NCBI GenBank assembly: GCA_964658305.1
Contig: OZ210884.1
Location: 3,100,001-3,164,000 of the forward strand
Direction: 5' to 3'
DNA length: 64,000 bases
DNA from: Leptogorgia sarmentosa
Taxonomy: Eukaryota
The translations under genes and the position numbers were made by a program. How positions within the stretch are numbered: position 1 is the stretch's first letter; every line of letters starts with the position of its first letter. The notes below the pieces were generated by a model. That model was given only the letters and a program-made list of their open reading frames with translations. It searched no databases and had not been told where the DNA came from. Of this stretch, positions 25,748 through 37,700 are shown piece by piece.

Positions 25748-28700
25748 GTTTAAATTCTTCATTATTGGTGGAGACAATATTTATGAAAATCAGCGATTCC
25801 TTTCATATTTCCATGATAGTAAATAGGGGTCTATAATGACGATTTTTGGAAAATAGCACATCAGTCGAAAAAGAATAAAAAAAACAAGTCTTTTTTAAAA
25901 TCTGGAATAATTTTATTATGTAATATAGTGAAATTATCTAAAGTTCGCCAAATTAAAGTAGCTCAAAAATTTTCAATTTTAGTAGTGACGACAACGCCAA
26001 GTTCATCGATTGTGACAACAACCACACCAGGTAATCTTATTTTGTTCTAAAAAGAAATTTTCCTGCATTTAATTGCCTTACATTTGAAGTTTCATTTCTG
26101 GTGGAGACAATATTTAGGAAAACCAGCGATTCCTTTCATATTTGCTTGGGAGTAAATAGGGGTCTATAACGATGAGTGTTGGAAAATGGCACATCAGTTG
26201 AAAATGAATACAAAAACAAGTCTTTTTTAGAGTCGGTTTTGATTTTATAATGTAATATAGTGAAATTATCTAAAATTCGCATAGCTAAAGTTGCTAAAAA
26301 TTTTTCAATTTTAGTTGTGCCGACAACGCCAAATTCATCGATGGAGACAACAACCGAACCAGGTAATTTTTCTTTAAGTATTTTGTTCTAAAAGGAATTT
26401 TTTCCTCCATTTTGCTGGATTGCGTTCAAATTCTTCATTATTGGAGGGTACAATATTTAAGAAAAACCAGCGGTTCCTTTCATTTTTGCTTGGGAGTATA
26501 AATAAGGCTCTATAATGACGATTGTTGGAAAATGGCACATCAGTTGAAAATGAAGACAAAAACAAGTCTTTTTTAGAGTCTTGTTTGATTTTATTATGTA
26601 ATATAGCGAAATTATCTAAAGTTCGCACAACTAAAGTAGCTAAAAATTTTTCAATTTTAGTTATGCCGACAACGCCAAATATATCGATAGTGACAACAAC
26701 CGAACCAGGTAATTTTTCTTTTAGTATTTTGCTCTAAAAGGAATTTTTTCCTCCATTTTGCTCGCTTGCGTTCAAATTCTTCATTATTGGAGGAGACAAT
26801 ATTTATGAAAAACCACCATTTTTGCTTGGGAGTATAAATAAGGGTCTATAATGACGATTGTTAGAAAATGGCACGTCAGTCGAAAATGAAGCAAAAACAA
26901 GTCTTTTTTAGTGTCTGGTTTCATCTTATTATGTAATATAGTGAAATTGTCTGAATTTCGCACAACTAAAGTAGCTAAAAATTTTTCGACAACGCCAAAT
27001 TCATCGATAGTGACAACAACAGAACCAGGTAATTTTTCTTTCAGTATTGATGAAAAACCAGCGGTTCCTATCATTTTTGCTTTGGAGTATAAATAAGGGT
27101 CTATAATGACGATTGTTGGAAAATGGCACATCAGTCGAAAATAAAGACAAAAACAAGTCTTTTTTTAGAGTCTGGTTTGATTTTATTATGTAATATAGCG
27201 AAATTATCTAAAATTCGCACAGCTAAAGTAGCTAAAAATTTTTCAATTTTAGTTGCGTCGACGACGCCATATTCATCGATAGTGACAATAACCGAACCAG
27301 GTAATTTTTCTTTTAGTATTTTGTTCTAAAAGGATTTTTTTCCTCGATTGTGCTAGCTTGCGTTCAAATTCTTCATTATTGGAGGAGACAATATTTATGA
27401 AAAACCAGCGGTTCCTTTCATTTTTGCTTGGGAGTATAAATAAGGGTCTATAATGACGATTGTTGGAAAATGGCACGTCAGTCGAAAATGAAGACAAAAA
27501 CAAGTCTTTTTTTAGAGTCTGGTTTGATCTTATTATGTAATATAGTGAAATTGTCTAAAAGTCGCACAACTAAAGAAGCTAAAAATTTTTCGACAACGCC
27601 AAATTCATCGATTGTAACAACAACCGAGCCAGGTAATTTTTTTTTTGGCATTTTGTTCTAAGAAGAATTTTTCCAGGATTCTGTTGGCTTATATTTAAAT
27701 GTTTGATTATTGGTGGAGACAATCTTTTTTAAACCACCGATTCTTTTCATACTTCTTTGGAAGTAAAAAGGGGTGAATAATGATTGATTAGTTGGAAAAT
27801 GGCACATCAGTCGCAAATGAAAACAAAAACAAGCCTTTTTTAGAGTCTGGTTTAATTTCATTTGAAAAAAATGTGAAATTATCTAAAGTTCGCAACACTA
27901 AAGAGTAAAATTGTCAATTTTAGTTGTGTCGACAACGCCAATTTCATTGATTGAGACAACAACCGGCCCAGGTAAATTTTCTTTTGTATTTCCTTCTAAA
28001 ACAAATTTGCTCCTGCATTTTGTTGGCTTGCATTTAATTGTTTCATTGTTTGTGGAGATAATATTAATATTATTAAACCAGGGATCGATCCTTTTATTAT
28101 TTCTGTTGAAGTAAAAAGGGGATCAATAATGATTGCTTGAACGTTGGAAAATAGCACATCTGTCGCGCATTAAAATGCGTCATTATTGGAGAAGACAATA
28201 TTTGATAAACCAGCGATTCCCTTTATATTTCTTTGGGAGTAAACATGGCCGTGTCTATAATGATTGATCCTTGGAAAATGGCACATCAGTATCACATTAA
28301 TAGCAAAACGTGTCTTTTTTAGAATGTGCGTTGCATTTATTATGTAATATACTGAAATTATCTAACGTTCGCAACACTGAAGTATAATATCCTCAATTTT
28401 AGTAGTGTCGACAACGCCAATTTCATCGATTGAGACAACAACCGGGCCAGGTAACTTTTCCTTTAGTGTTTCCTTCCAAAACGAATTTGATCTTGCATTT
28501 TTTGGCTTACATTTAAATGCTTCATTATTGATGCAGACAATATTTTTTAAACCCGCGATTCCTTTCATACTTCTTTGGAAGTAAAAAGGGGTCAATAATG
28601 ATGGAATAGTTGGAAATGGCACATCAGTCGCAAATTAAAACAAAAACAAGTCTTTTTAAGAGTCTGGATTGATTCCATTTGATAAAAATGTGAAATTATC

Positions 28701-30295
28701 TGTCGTTCGCAACACTAAAGAATAAAACTATCAATTTTAGTAGTGTCGACAACGCCAATTTCATCGATTGAGGCAACAACCGGGCCAGGTAACTTTTCTT
28801 TTAGTATTTCCCTCTAAAATGAATTTGATCCTGCATTTTTTTGGCTTACATTTAAATGCTTCATTATTGTTGCAGACAATATTTTTTAAACCAGCGATTA
28901 CTTTCATAATTCTTTGGAAGTAAAAAGGGGTCAATAATTATTGATTAGTTGGAAAATGGCACATCAGTCGCACATTAAAACAAGAACAAATCTTTTTTAG
29001 AGCCTGGTTTGATTTCATTTGATAAAAATGTGAAATTATCTAAGGTTCGCAACACTAAAGAATTAATCTATCAATTTTAGTAGTGTCGACAACGCCAATT
29101 TCATCGATTGAGACAACAATCGGGCCAGGTAACTTTTCTTTTAGTATTTCCTACTAAAACGAATTTGATCCTGCATTTTTTTGGCCTACATTTAAATGCT
29201 TCGTTATTGATGCAGACAATATTTTTTAAACCAGCTATTCCTTTCATGCTTCTTTGCAAGTAAAAAGGGGTCAATAATGATTGATTAGTTGGAAATGGCA
29301 CATCAGTTGCAAATTAAAACAAAAACAAGTCTTTTTTACAGTCTGGTTTGTTTTCATTTGATAAAAATGTGAAATTATCTGTGGTTCGCAACACTAAAGA
29401 ATAAAACTATCATTTTTAGTAGTGTCGGCAACGCCAATTTCATCGATTGAGACAACAACTGGGCCAGGTAACTTTTCTTTTAGTATTTCCTTCTAAAACG
29501 AATTTGATCCTGCATTTCTTTGGCCTACATTTAAATTCTTCATTATTGATGCAGACAATATTTTTTAAACCAGCTATTCCTTTCATGCTTCTTTGCAAGT
29601 AAAAAGGGGTCAATAATGATTGATTAGTTGGAAAATGACACATTTGTCGCCCATTAAAACAAAAACAAGTCTTTTTTAGAGTCTGGTTTGATTTCATTTG
29701 ATAAAAATGTGAAATTCGTAAAAAAGTTCGCAAAATTAAAGTATGAAATGTTCAATTTTAGTAGTGTCATCAACGCCAATTTCATCGATTGTGACAACAA
29801 CTGAACCAGGTAATTTTTCTTTTGGTATTTTGTTCTGAAAAGAAATTTTTCCTGCAATTTGTTGCCTAACATTTTAAGTTTCATTACTGGGGAGACAATA
29901 TTTATGAAACTAGCGATTCCTTTCATATTTCCATGGTAGTAAATAGGGGTCTATGATGTTGATTGTTGGAAAATGGCACATCAGTCGAAAATGAAAACAG
30001 GAACATGTCAATTTTAGAGTCTGGTTTGATTTTATTATGTAATATAGTGATATTATATGAAATTCGCACAACTAAAGTAGCTAAAAAACTTTCAATTGTA
30101 GTTGTGTCGACAACGCCATGTTCATCAATTGTGACAACAGCCGGGCAAGGTAATTTTTCTTTTAATATTTTGTTCTACGAAGAAATTTTTCCTGCGTTTT
30201 GTTTGTTTACATTTGAATGTTTCATTTTTTGTCGAAACATAGTTTTACAAACTAGCTATTCCTTTCATGTTTCGTTTGAAGTAAAAATGGGACAT
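25748..30295 (+). repeat. Block 2 of the intron+microexon array, 13 units (11 with intact splice sites)
   Basis: 48-nt exons start at 25983, 26315, 26661, 27253, 27924, 28403, 28741, 29081, 29420, 29762, 30102. Units near 26985 and 27590 lack the acceptor. Confidence 0.92.
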
Positions 30296-30507
30296 TCAAT
30301 TTTGTCGGAAATTAATTAAACCTGGTACAAATAATTTATAAGTAAAGTGCCTGTATATATAGCCGATAAACAGACATGTAGATTTTAAAAGTAATAATCC
30401 TACAGCATGTTTTGAATACTAATAAAAACACTAACTTGCCCTAATTTTAAAGCGATGTAGCTACACAACATTGTTTTTTTAAAAACTTTAATTTTCCCTT
30501 ATTACAG

Positions 30508-30780
30508 TCGAGGCTACATGTGAAGCAACAGGTGATCCACATTACACAACATTCGATGGAACACGTTTCGAGTTCATGGGAAAATGTGAATATGTTCTGG
30601 CTAAAGACTGTGTGAACAACTCATTTGAAATCAGACATGTTAATGAACCTTGTGGAAATGGACAACCTTCCTGCACGAAATCACTCACTGTGATTTTCCC
30701 ATCAATTGAAAAGATCAAACTTCTTCGAGGAAGTGTAGTTTATAATAACATGCCGATATCATTACCAGCAACATATGGTG
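30508..30780 (+). CDS. Gene B, vWD exon 1, copy 2: [27 protein letters not shown]...
   Basis: Acceptor cccttattacAG, donor GTAAGT. 273 nt, near-identical to 21482-21754. Confidence 0.95.
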
Positions 30781-31743
30781 GTAAGTTAAATAAATAAACA
30801 GCACGTAAGTTGCGACGCTACGATATATTATATTTCATATAAAAAAAGGAGTGCTCAATGGAAAAAACCCGACGTAAAGCGCATGGAAGGATATACACTG
30901 GGGTATTTTTCTTGATAAATAGCCATATAAAAACACGGGCGTTGTTTGAGTGCTCATTAGAAAACCCGTGTTTCTAAAACACGATAGAAACGCGAGAATT
31001 TCCCCGCGGGTTGCGTCGATTGAGCGGGAAATTACAAAACAAAATAAATCTTTGAATGAATGTAAATAAAATCAATAAATTAATTTTTTAATTTTTTTTA
31101 AAACCATGATTGAAATTGAAAACAATTTTTCCGTGTCTTTATTGAGTTATAGGAATACAAAGGTATAGGAAGTTTCGGAGAAACTCGAAATTGTGTGGAT
31201 TCCTACGGAATTTCCCGTTTCTCCAAAATTTCAAAGCGTGTTTTTATAACTCTATAGAAAGACGAAAATTGTTTTTTCTTTTTTAAATATCAAGGCATTG
31301 ATAGTCATTTTTCATACGTTGATGTATTTGTGCATATGAAAAGAATTTGAATCATAATTCTAATCCAAAAATCTTGTTTATAACATTAATTTTTTTAGCA
31401 GGAAAAATTTGAGATTGTCGATGAATTACACTCCTAAATATATTTCTATTTCTTGTACGTTTGTATAGCTACCTGTGTTTTCAGGACCAATCTCTTTTTC
31501 ATTTTCACTCGTTTGTACATACATTGAGTGCAAGTTCAGTAAAATGTACTTGATGCGTAATTTTTGTGCCTTTTCCAATAAATTAGTGATTGCATTTATA
31601 ACGAAATACTGTAGTGCTAGACGTGATAGTACATTGAAGAACAGCGTCACATGCAAAGTAACACTGCCTGTATAAGTATAGTTAAATACAGCGAAACTCG
31701 TTATTAGAGAATAAAGATTTTAAAAGTCCCTCTTCTTTATTAG

Positions 31744-32250
31744 TTGTAACTATAGAGCTCCACGGCGGAGTAACATGGGTAAAAGGTGACGGTATTACAG
31801 TGGAGTGGAATAATGTGTATAACGTGAAAGTGACGGTGCTTGGTCGTTATCTGAACAGAACATGTGGTTTGTGTGGGACATTTAATCGAAACCCGAGTGA
31901 TGACTTCTTAAGACGGAATGGTGTAAACTCAGGCAATGCAGTGGAATTTGGAAATTCTTGGAAAATTGATCCTGACTGTGAGAATGCAACAGAGTTGGAA
32001 CACCCATGTAACACTCATCCGGAAAGAAATGCATCAGCTGTAGCTAACTGTTCTGCATTAAGAACTTCACTTTTTGAAAACTGTACTATTTCTCCAGGAT
32101 GCTATATCGCTGATTGTGAATATGATATGTGTGGGTGTGGTGGTGATCGTACAGTTTGTTTCTGTCAAGCAATACAGGCTTATGTCCGTGACTGCTCCTC
32201 AACTGGAGTAACCATCGACTGGCTGAGTGATCCTCGTTTCGAACAATGCG
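31744..32250 (+). CDS. Gene B, vWD C-half plus C8 exon, copy 2
   Basis: 507 nt, same translation as copy 1. Confidence 0.95.
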
Positions 32251-32739
32251 GTATGTTATGTTTTTTCTCAGTTTATGTGGCGAATTTTAATCGCATGTAG
32301 CATGCAACATCAATTGCGCTAAAACTACCACTGTCTTCGTAAATGATCGCTACAATAAGGCAAAGCCCCTTTAATTGTTGGTACGTTTTGCCCTTTGTGG
32401 ATATTTGGCAGAATTGTTAATTGGGCCTCCTAAAATCTCAGGTGCTCGCTCACATTCAATTTTGTCCTAAATTATTTAAGCCTGGTACAATTAATTTATA
32501 AGTAATTAAGTGCCTGTATCTACCCGTTAAAGAGACAAGTAGATTTTAAAATTATTAAGCAAACAACATGTTTTGAATACTAATAAAAACAATAACTCCC
32601 CTATTTTTAAAGCGATATACACAATTAATATTTTGTTTTAAAAACTTTTGTTTTTCCGTATCACAGCCTATAGTACATTTGCAGCAACAGGTGATACACA
32701 TTACACAACATTCGATGTGTATTTATTTTGGTTATATAG

Positions 32740-32856
32740 GTACTCCATGTGCTAGCATTCCATGCTTAAACGATGGTTCTTGCACAAATAATGGTTCGTT
32801 TTCATTCTCCTGCTCATGTCTTGCTGGGTTCTCAGGTGCTCGTTGTGAAAACGAAG
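32740..32856 (+). CDS. Gene B, EGF exon, copy 2
   Basis: 117 nt, same translation as copy 1. Confidence 0.92.
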
Positions 32857-33157
32857 GTATATAATTTTTGTCAGGGTTTAATTAATTCTTTGTAGGTAAA
32901 TTTGAAGATTAGTGCATATTATCGTCAAATTTTGCAACAGATAAAGGTTTGTTCGAAAAACAGCTATGATAGTAAGAGGATATCATCATCCCAAAAAGTG
33001 AAGAATCAAGATGCAAAATATAACATGAAATATTAATGGCAAGATATCTAAATCGAAATACAAGTTAAATTTGTCATTTTCCGGTAAGGGAGGGCTACCC
33101 TGCTGGTCTACGGAGTATTTTTCAAACATGAAGTATTTGTAAATTGTGAGCTTTCCG

Positions 33158-33292
33158 GTCAAAACGTCTCCAAGTCAAAACGTCCCCAAGTCAAAACGTC
33201 CTCAAGTCAAAACGTCCCCGAGTCAAAACGTCCCCAAATCAAAACGTCCCCGAGTCAAAACGTCCCCAAGTCAAAACGTCCCCGAGTCAAAA
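33158..33292. repeat. 16-bp minisatellite, copy 2
   Basis: Same array as 24134-24268. Confidence 0.95.
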
Positions 33293-33313
33293 TTTATTTA
33301 ATAATCCTCACCC

Positions 33314-34772
33314 AATGCGTAATCTGACCCAAACCTCAGAAATCAAACATCAGTTTCAGAATCTGACCTTGGTCACAAAATACTGACCCACTACCTGCAC
33401 CGTACATTGGCTTATCACCAACAGGTGGCAATTGACCAAATTCACCCATCAAAATTACTGACATACCACCAAATGGGATATCCTGCTTTCCAGTGCCAGC
33501 ACGTAATCGATTGTCCAGTGATGATAACATTTTATGTCCAATCATCGACATTTCATCTTCAATCAGATACCTCTTACCTTCAAGTCGCAACTGTAATCGC
33601 TGCAATGAGTCACCCTGCCTGCAAGTCCTTATATTCATGAAAAGGAAGTTGAGCAGCAGAATGCAACGTTTGACCATTAATGCTAAAGGCTGCAATGCCA
33701 GTTGTTGCTGTAACAATGCACTGGGCACCGAATACCTGCTTTACCACACTAGTTATCAGATATGTCTTACCTGTCCCAGCTGTTCCACTCACAATCATGT
33801 GAACAGCTTCTGCAATATCACCATTGTGCGAGGTGATTACGTCAAAAGCAATTCGTTGTTTTTCATTCAAGGTTGTTATGTCAGTGACGCAGAGGTGATC
33901 TTCATTGTACTGTTGTCCAAGTTCTTCAGCTTCCCTTCTTTTACTATAAATCCATCCTGGTGATTCTCTTAACAAATCCCTAGGTATAGCTCTGATCTCT
34001 TCAAACCAATCTACTGCCTCATTGTCTGACATCTCATTCCCTGCTTCTTGAAACTGTTGCTTGAGTCTGCATAACAACATCCAATCGTCAACTTCCTCCT
34101 CGTCGAAAGCATCGGCATCACCTTCATCATCGCTTTCCTCATCATTCTCCTCATCGTCACTTTGACCATTTTGCGCGGCATGAACCAAATCTGTTTCCTC
34201 TGAATATTTAAACACATAATCTTCTGCAGAATCAGATAGAAGAAACATATCGTACATCCTGATAAACATATCATTACTACCCTCCTCATTATTCCAAGCA
34301 TTTGAAGGCTCCCCTTCCCATGGCTTGAACGTTATTAGCTGAAACGTAGAGTATTGACAAAAATCTGGACCACCAGGATTGGAAGAAACCTTTGAAAAAG
34401 TCCTCACAATGCATGGATTTTTCCGTCTGGTCAACGCTCCTCTGAATTTAGTATACTGGGATATATACTGCATCAGACTTAATTGGGACAGTCCTATATA
34501 CCTACTATTCACAGCAGGACGTTCTCCATAGTCTTTAAGCAATGTTTTCATCTGCTTCATTTTCAGGATCAACAATAACCTTTCGACTGTTCTCTAAACA
34601 AACAGTAACAAAGCTAAATGAACATCTTATTAGAGGCAAACTTGGTAACATATGTGCAGTTTCTAAAGCTGCCATATCTCTGTCTCCAGCTCTTTAAATC
34701 ATAACTTTCCTGATAGCCGAAGATTCTTGATCATTATTCCGTAATGAAAAAACAGTCAACTTTAATATATCA
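33314..34772 (-). mobile_element. Helitron-type RepHel/Pif1 helicase fragment, copy 2 (longer open frame, 33610-34575)
   Basis: 321-aa ORF with Walker A GTAGTGKT. Shares with copy 1 the frameshift before motif II and the truncation after motif III. Confidence 0.85.
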
Positions 34773-37700
34773 GTTTAAATTCTTCATTATTGGTGGAGAC
34801 AATATTTATGATAACCAGCGATTCCTTTCATATTACCATTATAGTAAATAGGGGTCTATAATGACGATTTTGGGAAAATAGCACATCAGTCGAAAAAGAA
34901 TAAAAAAACAAGTCTTTTTTAAAATCTGGAATAATTTTATTATGTAATATAGTGAAATTATCTAAAGTTTGCAAAACTCTCGTATAAAATTTTCAATTTT
35001 AGTTGTGTCGACAACACCAAGTTTATCGATTGTGACAACAACCGATCCAGGTAATTTTTCTTTTAGTATTTTGTTCGAAAAAAAAATTTTAAGTTTCATT
35101 ATTGGTGGAGACAATATTAATGAAAACCAGCGATTCCTTTCATATTTCCATGGTAGTAAATTTAGGGGTCTATATTGATGAGTGTTGGAAAATGGCACAT
35201 CAGTTGACAAATATTTTTTAAAGTCTGGTTTGATTCTATTATGTAATATAGTGAAATTATCTAAATTTTAGTTGTGCCGACAACGCCAAATTCATCGATA
35301 GTGACAACAACCGAACCAGGTAATTTTTCTTTTAGTATTTTTGTTCTAAAAGGAATTTTTTCCTCCATTTTGCTGGCTTGTGTTCAAATACTTCATTATT
35401 GGAGGAGACAATATTTATGAAAAACCAGCGGTTCCTTTCATTTTGGCTTGGGAGTATAAAAAAAGGTCTATAATGACGATTGTTGGAAAATGGCACATCA
35501 GTCGAAAATGAATACAAAAACAAATATTTTTTAGAGTCTGGTTTGATTTTATTATGTAATATAGTGAAACAATCTAAAGTTCCCAAAACTAAAGAATAAA
35601 ATTTGAAATTTTAGCAGTGTCGTCAACGCCAATTCCATCGAATGTGACAACAACCGAACGAGGTAATTTTTCTTTTAGTATTTTGTTCTAAAAAGAAATT
35701 TTTCCTGCATTTTGTTGCCTTACATTTGAAGTTTCATTATTGGTGGAGATAATGTTTATGAAAACCAGCGATTCCTTTCATATTTCCATGGTAGTAAATA
35801 GGGGTCCATAATGATGATTGTTGGATAATGGCACATCAGTCGAAAATGAATACAAAAACAAGTCTTTTTTAGAGACTGGTTTGATTTTATCATGTAATAT
35901 TATGGTAATCGTGAAATTATCTAAAGTTTGCAAAACTATCGTATAAAATTTTCAATTTTAATTTTAGTTGTGTCTACAACGCCAAGTTCATCGATTGTGA
36001 CAACAACCGAACCAGGTAAATTTTTTTAGTATTTTTTTCTAAAGGGAAATTTTTTCTCCATTTTTTTGGCTTGTGTTTAAATTCTTCATTATTGGCGGAG
36101 ACAATATTTATGAAAACCAGCGATTCCTTTCATATTTCCATGTTAGTAAATAGGGGTCTATAATGATGATTGTTGAAAATGGCATATCAGTCGAAAATGA
36201 ATACAAAAACAAATCTTTTTTAAAGTCTCGTTTGATTTTATTATGTAATAAAGTGAAATTATCTAAAGTTCGCAAAGCTAAACTAGCTAAAAATTTTTCA
36301 AATTTAGTAGTGTCCACAACGCCAAGTTCATCGATGGGACAACAACCGAACCAGGGAATTTTTCTTTTAGTATTTTGTTCTAAAAAGAAATTTTTCTGCA
36401 TTTTGTTCCCTTACATTTGAAGTTTCGTTATTGGTGGAGACAATATTTAAGAATACCAGCCATTCTTTTCATATTTTCATGGTAGAAAATTGGGGTCTAT
36501 AATTATGATTGTTGGAAAATGCCACATCAGTCGAAAATGAATCCGAAAACAAATATTTTTTAAAGTCTGGTTTGATCTTATTATGTAATATAGTGAAACA
36601 ATCTAAAGTTCGCAAAACTAAAGAATAAAATTTAAAATTTTAGTAATGTCGTCAACGCCAATTTCATCGATTGTGACAACAACCGAACCAGGTAATTTTT
36701 GCTTTAGTATTTTGTTCTAAAAAAAGATATTGCTGCATTTTGTGGCCTTACATTTGAAGTTTAATTATTGGTGGAGACAATAATTATGAAAACGAGCGAT
36801 TCCATTCATATTTCCGTGGTAGTAAATACGGGTCTATAATGATGATTGTTGGGAAATGGCACATCAGTTGAAAATGAATGAATGAGTCTGGTTTGATTTT
36901 AATATGTAATATAGTGAAATTATCTAAAGATCGCAAAACTAAATTATCTAAAAAAATTTCAATTTTAGTTGTGTCGTCAACGCGAATTTCATCGATTGTG
37001 ACAACAATCGATCCAGGTAATTTTCCTTTTAGTATTTTGTTGTAAAAAGAAATTTTTCATGCATTTTGTTGCCGTATACATTTGATGTTTCAGTATTGGT
37101 GGAGACAATATTTATGAAAGCCAGCGATTCCTTTCATATTTCCATGGTTGTAAATAGGGTCCATAATGATGATTGTTGGATAATGGCACATCAGCCGAAA
37201 ATGAATACAAAAACAAGTCTTTTTTAGAGACTGGTTTGATTTTATCATGTAATATTATGGTAATCGTGAAATTATCTAAAGTTCGCAAAACTATCGTATA
37301 AAATTTTCAATTTTAATTTTAGTTGTGTCGACAACGCCAAGTTCATCGATTGTGACAACAACCGAACCAGGTAAATTTTTTTAGTATTTTTTTCTAAAAG
37401 GAAATTTTTTCTGCATTTTTTTGGCTTGCGTTTAAATTCTTCATTATTGGCGGAGACAATATTTATGAAAACCAGCGATTCCTTTCATATTTCCATGGTA
37501 GTAAATAGGGGTCCATAATGATGACTGTTGGAAAATGGCACATCAGTCGAAAATGAATAATACAAAAACAAATCTTTTTTAAAGTCTGGTTTGATTTTAT
37601 TATGTATTATAGTGAAATTATCTAAAGTTCGCAATACTAAAGTAGCTAAAAAATTTTCAATTTTACTAGTGTCCATAAAGCCAAGTTCATCGATTGTGGC

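Noticed and set aside
33336..34575. Functional host PIF1 gene
   Set aside because: Intronless, frameshifted, truncated after motif III, with a RepHel-type upstream region. It is a transposon relic.
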